64,000 nucleotides of DNA from assembly GCA_951406725.2 (NCBI GenBank), contig OX597816.1, positions 163,866,001-163,930,000 of the forward strand. Reading direction: 5' to 3'. This document shows, in pieces, positions 27,175 to 39,000 of this stretch. This DNA is from Octopus vulgaris (Eukaryota). The notes under the pieces were generated by a model. It did no database searches. It was not told the DNA's origin and saw nothing but the letters and a program-made list of their open reading frames with translations. Position 1 is the stretch's first letter; each line of letters opens with the position of its first letter. Position numbers and translations under genes: made by a program.

Positions 27175-27584
27175 TAGGTAATCATACCCCTACACCCACA
27201 GTTTATATTTATATACGGGTAGAATAGTTAGTGTCGGCTATTATGTAGATGTGTGTGTGTGTGTGTACGTACGTATAGGTATATTTGGGGGCATATTCTT
27301 ATCAGAATATGCCCCAATAGATGATTACAGAATATTTCCTTTTTGTATTTGTTTGCAAAGTTCTTCGCGAGATCTCGTGTGTTGAAGCAAATTTTGTTGC
27401 ATCACGGGAATGTTTCTAAGTGAGAAGATAGATAAATACACCCAAAGCAGAACTTGAAGTAGGGAAGGCGGACAGCGACGAAAGGACTTAGACAAAACTA
27501 GCTGATTCGTTGTTTCACCGACCGATTAATCTAACAATCGATTAGTCAAGTGGTTAAATATTTAACCAATTGACAAATAATAAT

Positions 27585-27966
27585 GGAAGCACTCCGTCGG
27601 TTACGACGATGAGGGTTCCGGTTGATCCGATCAACGGAACAGCCTGCTCGTGAAATTAACGTGTAAGTGGCTGAGCACTCCACAGACACGTGTACCCTTA
27701 ACGTAGTTCTCGGGGATATTCAGCGTGACACAGAGAGTGACAAGGCCGGCCCTTTGAAATACAGGTACAACAGAAACAGGAAGTAAGAGTGAGAGAAAGC
27801 TGTAGTGAAAGAGTACAGCAGGGATCACCACCATCCCCTGCCGGAGCCTTGTGGAACTTTTAGGTGTTTTCGCTCAATAAACACTCACAACGCCCGGTCT
27901 GGGAATCGAAACCGCGATCCTACGACCGCGAGTCCGCTGCCCTAACCACTGGGCCATTGCGCCTCT
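27585..27966 (-). mobile_element. SINE family B
   Basis: Near-identical to 26631-27024. Confidence 0.9.
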
Positions 27967-28393
27967 ACTACAAATAATAATAAAACTAGTGAAATAGAAC
28001 CAGTGCGTTTGTCTGTTGTTGGCATAATGACCCTCCGCCCCAAAGAAAGATGAGTTAAGCTTGACTGGACATTGAAGGAGAAGCAAGGAGGTGATGATTC
28101 GTATCATCCTACTTTGGGTATCACCTTGGTATAGATATAGTTATATTGGTCACTCTGTGAAACAAGTGTGTTCATCAGTTAACAGATGGCGTTGGACGTC
28201 ACCAAGAGGAAGTATCACGTGACATGAAAAGTAAAGGTGTGTGTTAGATCACGTGATGCCAGTCCAAGCAAGCTCGATCCAGTGATCTTTCGTCATTTAA
28301 CTCTTTCAGTCATTGAACTCCGGCCATGATGGAGCACAGCCTTGAAAGGTTTAGGAAACCAAATCGAAGCCAGGACTTTTTAAGTTTAAGACG

Positions 28394-28720
28394 ATTGCTT
28401 CCCAACCACATTGTTCCGGGTTCAGTCCCACTGCATGGCACCTTGGGCAAGTGTCTTCTACTATAGCCTCGGGTCGACCAAAGTCTTGTGGTAGATGGAA
28501 TCCGAAAGTAGCTTGTCGTATATGTGTGTGTGTGTTTGTCCCCCTACCATCGCTTGACCACCGATATTGGTGTGTTTACGCCCTACTAACTTAGCGGATC
28601 GGCAAAAGAGACCGATAGAATAAGTACAAGGCTTAAAAAGTATAAGTCCTGGCGTCGATTGTTCGACTAAAGTCGGTGCTACAGCATGGCCGCAGTCAAA
28701 TGACCGAAACAAGTAAAACC
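28394..28720 (+). mobile_element. SINE family A (5' truncated)
   Basis: Tail-to-tail with the next copy. Confidence 0.85.
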
Positions 28721-28754
28721 ATAAAGGAATATATATATTCTTTTCTTTTCTTTT

Positions 28755-29150
28755 ACTATTTTACTTGTTTCAGTTATTTGACTGCGGCCATGCTGGGGTA
28801 CCGCCTTTAGTCGAACAAATCGACCCCAGGACTTATTCTTTGTAAGCCTAGTACTTACTCTATTGGTCTATTTTGCTGATCCGCTACGTTAGCGGGGCGT
28901 AAACACACCAGCATCGGTTGTCAAGTGATGTGGGGGGGGGGCAAACACACACACACACACATACACACATACACACACATATATACGACAGGCTTCTTTC
29001 AGTTTCCGTCAAAAAAAAATTCACTCACAACGCTTTGGTCAGCCCGAGGCTATAGTAGAAGACACTTGCCCAAGATGCCACGCAGTGGGACCAAACCCAA
29101 AACCATGTGATTGGTAAGCAAGCTTCTTACCACACAGTCACTCCAGCGCC
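28755..29150 (-). mobile_element. SINE family A
   Basis: Full copy, reverse orientation. Confidence 0.88.
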
Positions 29151-29744
29151 TAAATATATACATATATATATATGGGCGCTTGTGTGTGTGTGCGTGTGTA
29201 AGAAGAAGTAGTAGTAGTAGTAGTAGTAGTAGATAGTGCCTTGCCATGTTTTCTTCAGAAGTTTTAAAAGAAAAGCAAGCATCAGCAGCAGAAGCTTAAT
29301 TCTTTTTTTCTTTATTCTTCTCCACCCGGTACTCGTTCCCCCCTCCCCTCGCCCCCACCCCCTTGTCCCCCCCCCCTCTCACCACAGAAAACAATAACAC
29401 ACAATTTCTTTCGTACATACATACCCTGACTTCACCCGAAAGAATTTTTGCATAAATCCATTTGATCCGCTTTATACGACTCACCCCCTTTACAAATTCT
29501 CCCTTCCCTAACCCTCCCTCTTTATACCCGATTGTTTTACGTATCCCAGCCGCCCCCCCCACCCGACTAACCCCCCCCTCCACCACACACACACACTCAC
29601 ACCGTCTTTCATTTCTTTTCCTTCTTCTTTCTTCTCTTCCTCTCTGTTCTATATTTAGGTTGTTTCTATTTTTAGCTCTCAACGTATTCCTCGGGATATC
29701 ACTTCGACTCCCTTTCTTCGTGTTTTTATAAGGACCCCAGACCA

Positions 29745-30170
29745 TCTCCCCCTCTCTCTCTCTCCCTCTCTCTCTCTCTCTCTTTCTCTCCCACTCTCCC
29801 TCTTTCTCCCTCTGTCTAATGTTTCTCTCTCTGTCTCCCTTCACTTTCCCTATCCCTCTTTCTCCCTCTGCCTCTCTCTTTCTCTTTCACTCTCTCTCTC
29901 TCACTCTCTCTCCCTCAGCCTCTTTCTCCTGTCTATCTGTCTGTCTTTCTCTCTCTTTCACTTTCCCTCTGCCTCTTTCTCCCTCTGTCTCTCTCTATTT
30001 CACTGTCTCTCACTTTCCGTCTTCCTCTTTCTCCCTATGTCTCTCTCTCTCTCTCCCTCTGTCTCTCTCTCTCTCCGTCTTTCTCGTTCTGTCTCTCTCT
30101 TTCACTCTCCCTCTTTCTCCATTTGTCTGCCTCTCTCTTTCACTCTCTTTCTCTCACTTTTTTTCTCACT
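29745..30170. repeat. degenerate (CT)n polypyrimidine tract
   Basis: Visible. Confidence 0.9.
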
Positions 30171-30258
30171 TCTGTTTTGTATTTCCTTTAAGAACAGCTT
30201 ATTGTTAATTTTCGCACCGATCGCAACCATACTTCTTCTGCAGCAGCGGCTGCTGCTG

Positions 30259-30291
<33 letters not shown>

Positions 30292-30297
30292 ACCTTC

Positions 30298-30543
30298 GTT
30301 TCTTGTTTCAGTCATTGGACAGCGGCCATGCTGGAGCACCGCCTTGAAGGGTTTTAGCCGACCAAATCGAAACCCAGTGCTTATTTTTGTAAGCGTTGGT
30401 ACTTATTCTATTGGGCCCTTTGCCGAACCACTAAGTTACGAGGACGTAAACAAACTGACACCAGTTGTCAACTGGTGGTTATTTCTTGCGAGCATTTCTT
30501 GCCACCGAACACAAAAACGCGCCCTCACACACACTCACTCACA

Positions 30544-30586
<43 letters not shown>

Positions 30587-30750
30587 GCACACACATACAC
30601 ACATACACACACACGTATATATATATACATATATACGAAAGTCCTCTTTCAGTTTTCGTCTACCAAATCCACTCACAAGGTTTTGGTAAGACTGGGGTTA
30701 TAGTAGAAGACATTTGCCCAAGGTTCCACGTAGTGGGACCGAACCCGGAA
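30298..30750 (-). mobile_element. older SINE family A
   Basis: Diverged body and tail motifs. Confidence 0.75.
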
Positions 30751-30851
30751 TATATGTATTTGTGTGTGTGCGTGTGCGTGGGTGTGGGTGTGTATGCAAA
30801 TGATAAGAAGACAAAGAAAATTCTTTCACATCATCTTTAATCACTCGCAAT

Positions 30852-31231
30852 GGCGCAATGGCCCAGTGGTTAGGGCAGCGGACTCGCGTTCATAGGATCG
30901 CGGTTTCGATTCCCAGACCGGGCGTTGTGAGTGTTTATTGAGCGAAAACACGTAAAAGCTCCACGAGGCTCCGGCAGGGATGGTTGTGATCCCTGCTGTA
31001 CTATTTCACCACAACTTTCTCTCACTCTTACTTCCTGTTTCTCTTGTACCTGTATTTCAAGGAGCCGGCCTTGTCACTCTCTGTGTCACGCTGAAATATC
31101 CCCGAGAACTACGTTAAGGGTGCACGTGTCTGTGGAGTGCTCAGCCACTTACACGTAAATTTCACGAGCAGGCTGTACTGTTGATTCGGATCAACCGGAA
31201 CCCTCATCGTCGTAACCGACGGAGTGCTTCC
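30852..31231 (+). mobile_element. SINE family B
   Basis: Full copy; flanking caatcactcg-like direct repeat. Confidence 0.9.
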
Positions 31232-32236
31232 ACAATCACTCGTTACAGCTGTTTCTGTACCGAATCTATTTGCAACACCAGTTTCCGCAAAGATTCGAAG
31301 TAAAAATTTACGTAATGTTTGCAGGTTCAGACATTAAATTGGCTGCAGCACTTCATGAGGTTTGCGTCTAAGGTGTGTTGTCACTTTGTGCCTCGTCCAA
31401 AGCTTGCTGGGGAAGGGCTGTGCTTTTTATTGTTCATTTTTTTTGGGGGGCGGGGGCTTAAATCGGGAAGAAGCAAAAAATGTAAATAAAATGTGATAAT
31501 GGGATGAATAAGAGAGATGGAGATTATGCAGGTAGGGTGGGGGGGGTCGAGGGAATCGAGACGAAGGATACGAAAAAAGAAGTGAAGGAGGACGAGCAAA
31601 AACGAGCAGAAGAGTATATGTATGTGTTAGTGTAATAAATAAAATATATGCATACATACATACATATATGTACGTACCTACATCTACATGTATATATACA
31701 TGCATATATAAATATATATACGTGAGTACAGGACACCACAAATAGACGTAGAACTCAACGAGAAACGAAAACGTAAAAACAAACGTGGAAACGGACCTAA
31801 ACGAAAAAAACAGAGTACAAGACAAACTACACAAGGAAAAATCCCCTTCATCAGCTGTCCCTAGTTCAACTCCAGCGTGTTTCGAAGGTGAGGACAGAAC
31901 ACGACTCGCGGAACTAATCCTTCCTGCGAAGGAATTAAATAAAATTACTTCGCAGGGGGGTAAAAACAAGGAAAGTTAAACATGTGACAAAAAAACGATA
32001 CAAATAAAATTACAAAATAAAAATACAAAAAAAATACAGAATAAAATTACAAGTACGAAAAATACAGTACAAGAAATAAAACAAACAAAAAAAAAAACAG
32101 ACAATGAGGGCCTTAATGCTGGCCTACACGAGGAAAGATTCTAAGAGCGCTGTATGTATGTATGTATGTATGTATGTATGCATGTATGTATGTATGTATG
32201 TATGTATGTATGTATGTATGTATGTATGTATGTAGA

Positions 32237-32428
32237 GTCGCCATGATAGATCGGTATCCACTACACACATTTTTTCTCTCCTTGTTTCTTTCTGTGTCCC
32301 TTTCTGTAGAAGAGCGAAGGCTCGAAATGTAAAAGAATTTTTCAATTCCTGAGCGTTATACTAAAGCATCTGTTTGTTTTCTACACCACCTGTCTTCGTC
32401 TTTTGGTTTTTTTTTCGTGAACTCTCCC
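32237..32428 (+). mobile_element. P1 pLTR-like element with hammerhead-like motif at 32300-32335
   Basis: cuuu-CUGUAGA-a-GAGC-gaag-GCUC-GAAA-ug-UA/aaag; in TA-rich microsatellite. Confidence 0.8.
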
Positions 32429-32544
32429 TATGTATATATATATATATATATATGTATAAGGGTGGAAAGGAACACACGAGTTGATATATATGAAAAAACA
32501 AGTCAAAAATAGAAAATGCTAAGATAATTTTATAGTGAATCTTT

Positions 32545-32582
32545 CAGTACCGGTTTCGGTCATTTTGAGACCTTTTCAACTG
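32545..32582 (-). ncRNA. minimal hammerhead motif with U3-A8 core variant
   Basis: cag-UUGAAAA-GGUC-ucaaaau-GACC-GAAA-CCGG-UA/cug; palindromic ACCGGU helix III. Confidence 0.6.
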
Positions 32583-33091
32583 TAACGATTAAATAATTAA
32601 ATTTAGAAAAATTAGAAGAAAAGTTTTTTTAAAAGAATATTTCTATAGTAGTGTTCAGATATAAGTAGCATTCTGCCTTTCTCTGACTCCCTTGTTTGCA
32701 CTTGTGTGTTCGAGGTCGTTTTGAGTTCTTGGTAGGGTAGGTGAAGAATAAGGAGGCTGATGTGGAGAGGGGGTGGGGAAATCTGGGAATGCCTTGATGG
32801 TCGTATTTTGAATGGTCAGTGGCTGACAGTAGTCGCAGTTCAATTCAGGAATTGTTTATGGAATTTGCGTAGGCGTTATACTGAAAGACATTAGTGACAA
32901 GGTTAAGGGGTGGAAGGTGGAGAAGTAGAAGAAGAAGAAGAAGATGACGATCCCAGATAAAAATTCCCCAAAACAGAAAAATAGCTTTTAGCCAACACAT
33001 AGATACTTGCGCCAACAAAAAAACACCAAACTTCAGGATTTTCCCCCTCTACCAATTTAGGGACGATACAACCTCGAGACAACGAATAAGT

Positions 33092-33520
33092 ACCTCCCAA
33101 CCCGGCTCGTTCCCCTGCTCCCGCCCACGTTGCCGCACTTGCCCATACCTCTCCAACACCACCCGCCTCACTAGCACCCACCATCGACCCTATCCCATCA
33201 TCCACTCCTTCACCTGCACCTCCAGCAATATTATCTATTGCGTCTCTTGCTCTCTCTGCAATTCCTTGTACATCGGACAAACGGGACGCCGCTTGGCTGA
33301 CCGGTTCGCGGAACACTTTCGTGACATCCACCTTGCGGACGACACACCGGTCTCACGCCATTTCCGCTCCACCGGTCACTCCTTGCAACACCTATCTGTG
33401 TTCGGTTTGTCCTTACACAGAGGCCATCCGGATTCCCGTTTGCGCCGTGAACAAGAATTAATCTTCTCTCTTCGCTCTTATACGCCATTTGGTCTCAACT
33501 CTCCCCCTCTGCTCATCTAA
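33092..33520 (+). mobile_element. Penelope-like (Neptune-type) Cys-rich linker + GIY-YIG endonuclease, 5' truncated, frame intact
   Basis: PGSFPCSRPRCRTCPY..FTCTSSNIIYCVSCSLCNSLYIGQTGRRLADRFAEH..VSRHF..GH..RLRREQELIFSLRSYTPFGLN*. Confidence 0.9.
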
Positions 33521-34383
33521 CCCCCTCTCCCCCTCCTCACCTATCCTTCCCCCGCCGACCCCTACTTCTTCAGTCCTTCATCCTTTCACCCCTACTCCCC
33601 TTCCCTTCTTCCCTCTTTCTCCCTCCCTCCTTCCCTCTTCCCTCTGCTCCCTCACTCCCCTTCTCTCTCCCCCTCCCCCTCTTTCATCCTTCATCCCCCT
33701 CCTCCTCCCCTTCCTTCTCCCCCTCCTCTCTCTCCCCCTCATCTCCTCTTCCCCCTCTTCTTCCCCTCCCCTTCTCTCCCCCCTCTTCTCCCCCTCCCCC
33801 TCTTCTCCTCACTACACCACACGACTTTACACATCACATCATATATGATGTGCCATACTAATACATACACCAACTAATACATACTAATACGTACTAATAC
33901 ATACTAATACATACTAATACATACACCAACCCTATACATACACACGTCCAGACCCTCATACGCACTTATACTCTCTCATACACACACACACACACACTTA
34001 TACATACTAATACGTACTAATACATACTAATACATACTAATACATACACCAACCCCATACATACGCCTGTCCAGACCTATCCTAGGGTCATTCAACCCTA
34101 TTATCAACCCTATTATCTCCCCTTATTTCGCTCTCGCGTCTCATGTTTGATCTTTGACCTCTGGCCGAAATCAGATCGCCATGTTGATTCGTTAGTTACT
34201 GCACGCATTTTTTTCTCTCCTTCTTTCTGTGTTTTTTTCTCTCTGTGTATCTTTCTGTTGAAGAGCGTAGGCTCGAAACGTTAAAGACTTGTTTTATTTA
34301 TATTTCCTGAGCGCCATACTAATACAATTGTTTGTTTGTTTTCCACCTGCCTTCGTCTTTTGTCTATTTTCATAAAGCTTCCC
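33521..34383 (+). mobile_element. 3' UTR/pseudo-LTR of the Neptune-type PLE, ending in a P1 unit with hammerhead-like motif at 34250-34287
   Basis: ucuuu-CUGUUGA-a-GAGC-guag-GCUC-GAAA-CG-UU/aaaga; terminus abuts (TA)n. Confidence 0.75.
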
Positions 34384-34454
34384 GTTATATATATATATAA
34401 TGGCGGTGCCCCAGCATGGCCACAGCTCATTAGCTGAAACTGGAAAAATCAAAA

Positions 34455-34511
<57 letters not shown>

Positions 34512-34724
34512 CAAAATGGGACAAGAACGCAAAAGATCCGGACAGATATGTGATACAAAAAGGGACAACAAAACATCCAGATAGACGATACAAAGAAAAC
34601 AAATGCAGGTCATTCGAAGTTTTTTTCCTTCAGTCAAGCACCAGATTATCCTCGCAATTTCGGCTGGTCGGTACGTATGTATGTGGAATGAAATAAACGA
34701 TAAGGGAACAGGAATTACGAAATA

Positions 34725-34877
34725 AAATCCATTAGCATACAGCAGTTTCTGCTATAAGATGCCGTGCACGCATAGCTGAATGCCTGTGCATCACATCATA
34801 GCTTACCCAGAGCTTCTAAATCGAGCTCTGTGTGCACTGTATTTGATAGCAGAAACAGTTGTAAGCCAAGGATATTT
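34725..34877. repeat. imperfect inverted repeat (MITE-like)
   Basis: atcc..tacagcagtttctgctat..gtgcac versus gtgcac..atagcagaaacagttgta..ggat. Confidence 0.5.
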
Positions 34878-35018
34878 GATCACGTGATTCTTGTTTCTTT
34901 TTCTTTTTAATTTTTTTTTTTACGTTTTGGCATCCATTCAATTTCTTAGTTCGTTTGGTCCTCAATTAACGCTTTTTTTCTGTATAAGGAGTTGTAACAA
35001 CAAGATATTAGTATTGAA

Positions 35019-35249
35019 AGGCGGCGAGCTGGCAGAAACGTTAGCACACTGGGCGAAATGCTTAGCGGTATTGCGTCTGTCGTTGCGTTCTGAGTTCAAA
35101 TTCCGCCGAGATCGACTTTGCCTTTCATCCTTTAAGGGTCGATAAATTAAGTACCAGTTACGCACTGGGGTCGTTGTAATCGACTTAATCCGTTTGTCTG
35201 TCCTTGTTTGTCCCCTCTATGTTTAACCCCTTGTGGGCAATAAAGAAAC
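35019..35249 (+). mobile_element. SINE family D with 14-bp TSD
   Basis: TSD agatattagtattg at 35003-35016 and 35250-35263. Confidence 0.92.
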
Positions 35250-35324
35250 AGATATTAGTATTGCAATGCCCAAGCGAAATCTCTCACACACACTCTCTCT
35301 CTCTCTTGCTCACTTTCAGTATGT

Positions 35325-35415
<91 letters not shown>

Positions 35416-35558
35416 TTTGTGTCTGTGTTTGTCCCACTCATCGCCGCTTGACAACCGATGCTGGTGTGTTACGTTCCGATAACCTAGCGGTTCGGCAAAT
35501 GGAACCTCCATGATAAGTACCAGGCTTTAAAAAAATAAGTAGTGAGGTCAATTCGTTT

Positions 35559-35590
<32 letters not shown>

Positions 35591-35667
35591 ACATACTGAA
35601 AGAGAGCGAGAGAGAGCGAGAGAGGGTGTGTGTGAGAGATTTCGCTTGGGCATTGCAATACTAATAT

Positions 35668-35736
35668 TTCGGCGGGGAATTGAAACCCTGTCTCCCGCGT
35701 GACAGGCGGGGATGCTTAACACTATACTACCGAGGA
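35668..35736 (-). pseudogene. tRNA-Asp(GTC): tRNA-Asp(GTC) pseudogene
   Basis: tcctcggtagtatagtgttaagcatccccgcctGTCacgcgggagacagggtttcaattccccgccgaa closely follows metazoan tRNA-Asp; D- and T-loop substitutions, 3' acceptor strand truncated. Confidence 0.85.
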
Positions 35737-35876
35737 TCGATAAACTCATTCGATTAAAAATTCTTCCAGTTGGTGTCCCAGCAAAAACAAAAGATAAAAA
35801 GATATCGCGTCCCAGCATTCTTACTCTCTCAGACACATTCATACACACACGTATACACACACACACACGCATACAC

Positions 35877-35908
<32 letters not shown>

Positions 35909-35909
35909 C

Positions 35910-35941
<32 letters not shown>

Positions 35942-36287
35942 GATACATAGACACGTACAGGACGGAAAGTGTCGCAGAAGAGGTCACAGATGTGTGACGA
36001 AAGATTTCCGGACAATGGACATAAGATAAAATAAGAACAGTAATAAACGAGTGAAGAACGAATATACAGTGCGTGTGTTTATTTGGCAAAAAGAAAATGA
36101 CCGTCCCGAAATGTTACAATAAAAAATATACGTATACATATATTCGTATACACACATGGATAATTTTACTTTCTTAGATATATACAAGCACAAATCCACA
36201 TACGCACAAGAACACACGCACACACATATCCATGTGATACGTTTTACGCATACATAATTTACTCCAATAATCGCTCTTCCGCCTCTT

Positions 36288-36333
<46 letters not shown>

Positions 36334-36375
36334 AATAAGAAGATGAAAACACATACGTATTTGCATACATCCATA

Positions 36376-36676
36376 GGCGTAGGTGTGGCTCTATGGTAAA
36401 TAGCTTGCTTACAAACTACATGGTTCTGGGTTCAGTCTCACTGCGTGGCACCTTGGGCAAGTGTCTTCTACTATAGCCTCGGGCCGACCAAAGCCTTGTG
36501 AGTGGATTTGGTAGACGGAAACGGAAAGAAATCCGTCGTATATATGTATGTATACATATATATATATGTGTGCGTGTATATGTGTTTGACAACCTATACT
36601 GGTGTGTTTACGTCCCCGTTACTTAGCGGTTCGGCAAAAGACGGAAACGGAAAGAAATCCGTCGTATATATGTATG

Positions 36677-36707
<31 letters not shown>

Positions 36708-36915
36708 GTGCGTGTGTATGTGTTTGACAACCTATACTGGTGTGTTTACGTCCCCGTTACTTAGCGGTTCGGCAAAAGAGACCGATAGAATAAGTACAAG
36801 GTTTACAAAGAATAATTCCTGGGGGTCGATTTGCTCGACTAAAAAGGCGGTGCTCCAGCATGGCCACAGTCAAATGGCTGAAACAGGAGTAAAAGAGTAA
36901 AAGAGTAAAAGAGCA
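36376..36915 (+). mobile_element. SINE family A with internal ~126-bp tandem duplication
   Basis: 36513-36638 is repeated from 36639. Confidence 0.88.
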
Positions 36916-37481
36916 AAGAGTATATCTGTGTGTGTGCGCACATGTTTGTCAGCGCATATTTTGCAACTTTTCTTTCTGCTCCTCTTCCTCTCCTCTCTTT
37001 CTCTCTCCCCTCCTCCACTCTCTCCTCCTCCTCCTCTTTCTCTCCTCTACCATTCTCCCTTGATTCCATTTATTTCCAACTAAATTCCTTACAACCAATA
37101 TCACAATAAGAGTTTATATCTCGTCGCGGTGATCTCGGAAATGTAATCTCCAAAATGAAAGTATTTTTCACCTAACATTCAATTAATCCGGATTAAAGAA
37201 TTAATGGAAAATTCCTACGGCAACATTTAATAATCTGTACCGTTTCTTTTCACCACATCTGTCATAACAAACCTAAGCCGGGTGTTTTCATAAACGATTC
37301 TCTTCACTAAGAGTATTTCTTCCACTTCTTTTTTTTTTTTTCCCCCGATCTTACTAAAATACCCGATATTAAGATTAGTTAGAAGCTCAGTTATAGAGTT
37401 CTGGGTTTCGAATCCTGTAAGATTACAAAATCACCATTCCTTCATGTTTTATTTTTACCGTTTGTTTCATTTTATTTTGTA

Positions 37482-37992
37482 CTAGCAGTATCGCCCGGCG
37501 TTGCTCGTTTTGTAAGGGAAATAACTATATAAGCATTTTTAGTGAGTTATAGCAAAAAAATAGCAAAAAAATGGAATAAAAAATTATGGTAATTTTGGTG
37601 TCTTCAAGCCATGAAGTCGTTGTTCTAAAAGAACGCTGGTCTCCTTGACAATGCTTTACGACGTTGATTTCCTTACACTCCCTTCCCCACAGCTTCACGA
37701 GGGAGGGAAGAAGGGAGAGAAGCAACACAGGTACAGGTGTGACCATGGACGCCAACTCCGCCGCCATCGACACACGAAATAATATGCGTTAAAATGAAAA
37801 AAAATGATGTTAAATTATTTTTAAAATCGTAGACTCATCGTAGACGCGCGCTAATACCCAGACGGGCTCGATATAAATCACGACTATAAGATACCTGAAT
37901 TTGGTTAAACTGCACCGCAAAATGTGGGAGTAGTTAGGAATCTAAATCGTAGGAGACAGACACTCACACAACTACAGTTTTATATATATAGA
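37482..37992 (-). mobile_element. non-autonomous Helitron
   Basis: Minus strand a|TCtatatatataaa...gagcaacgccgggcgatactgCTAG|t: 5'-TC, 3'-CTAG, subterminal GC-rich hairpin remnant, AT target, no TSD. Confidence 0.8.
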
Positions 37993-37999
37993 TGTTAAT

Positions 38000-38350
38000 A
38001 TATTTTCTGTTGTGTCTAGGAAGAGTCATTTTCTTTTTGTGCCTTACAATTTAACACACACACCGGTAAAATTTCCACTTATTTTCATTTTTAGTTTTCT
38101 AAAATTTTCATGGCGTCTTGCAACCTTTAAAATTTTCGTTGCGTCTTGCAACCTTTTCAATAGTCAAGACTATTGAAAAGGTTGCAAGATGCAACGAAAA
38201 TTTTAGAAAAATAGAAATAAAAAATTAGTGGAAATTTTACCGGTGAGTGTGTTACATTATAAGGCACGAAAATAAAATGACTCTCCCCAGACACAGCAAA
38301 ATATGCTTCAACAAAGAATCTTGCAAACCAAATCCAAAAATGAAATATAT
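38000..38350. repeat. fold-back inverted repeat (centre 38166-38167) of a pLTR-like element, with a U3-A8 hammerhead-like motif in each arm
   Basis: ..ttgcaaccttttcaatagtc-aa-gactattgaaaaggttgcaa..; arms ~135-165 bp; tail related to 27330-27415. Confidence 0.85.
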
Positions 38351-38387
38351 TTTCTATTTTCTTTTTTTTTTTTCGTAGGTGTAAGTC

Positions 38388-39000
38388 ATCTATCACTCTG
38401 TGTAACATCCCGACCTAGTGCTTTGAGCGGTAGCAGTAAGACATCGCCCTGTTTGACACCAGTTCCCAGTGCTTTGACTGATAGTACTAACAAAAAAAAG
38501 TAATAATAATAAAACACTCCGTCGGCTACGAAGACGAGAGTTTCAGTTGATCCAATCAGCAGAACAACCAGCTCGTGAAATTTACGTACAAGTGGCTGAG
38601 TACTCCAGAGACACGCGTATCTTTAACGTAGTTTGCAGAGAGATTCGGTGTGACGTAGAATGTGGCTCTTTGAAATACAGGTACACTTCAATTTTGCCAG
38701 TTGAGTGAACTGGAGCAACGTGAAATAAAGTGTTTTGCTCAAGGATAATACGTACTGCTGGGAATCGAACTGACGACCTTGCGATCGTGAGCCAAATACC
38801 CTACCCACTAAGCCACGTGCCTACACAAATAGCTGTAACGAAATCGCTCTGTCGGGTATCACTGCCTTCTATTTTCAGTGGCAGTAATAAAACATCGCCC
38901 TGCTTCACGCTAAGACTTGGACTTTTGTGTCGTAGCGGTAACAACTGCGTCCTTTTTAACCCATTGCCTGCCATGAGCTCCATTTGGGGATCTGCTAAAA
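38388..39000 (-). pseudogene. coding-like 17-aa tandem peptide repeat interrupted by a SINE
   Basis: VKQGDVLLLPLK is encoded at 38873-38908 and 38422-38457 with 8 nucleotide differences, all synonymous. Confidence 0.55.
38514..38824 (-). mobile_element. SINE (C-like middle, B-like tail)
   Basis: Head ggcacgtggcttagtgggtaggg..gttcgattccc; tail tcgtagccgacggagtg. Confidence 0.8.

Noticed and set aside
32975-33088. KIAFSQHIDTCA..PNFRIFPLYQF, a possible second GIY-YIG C-terminal scrap
   Set aside because: Too short to support without a database search
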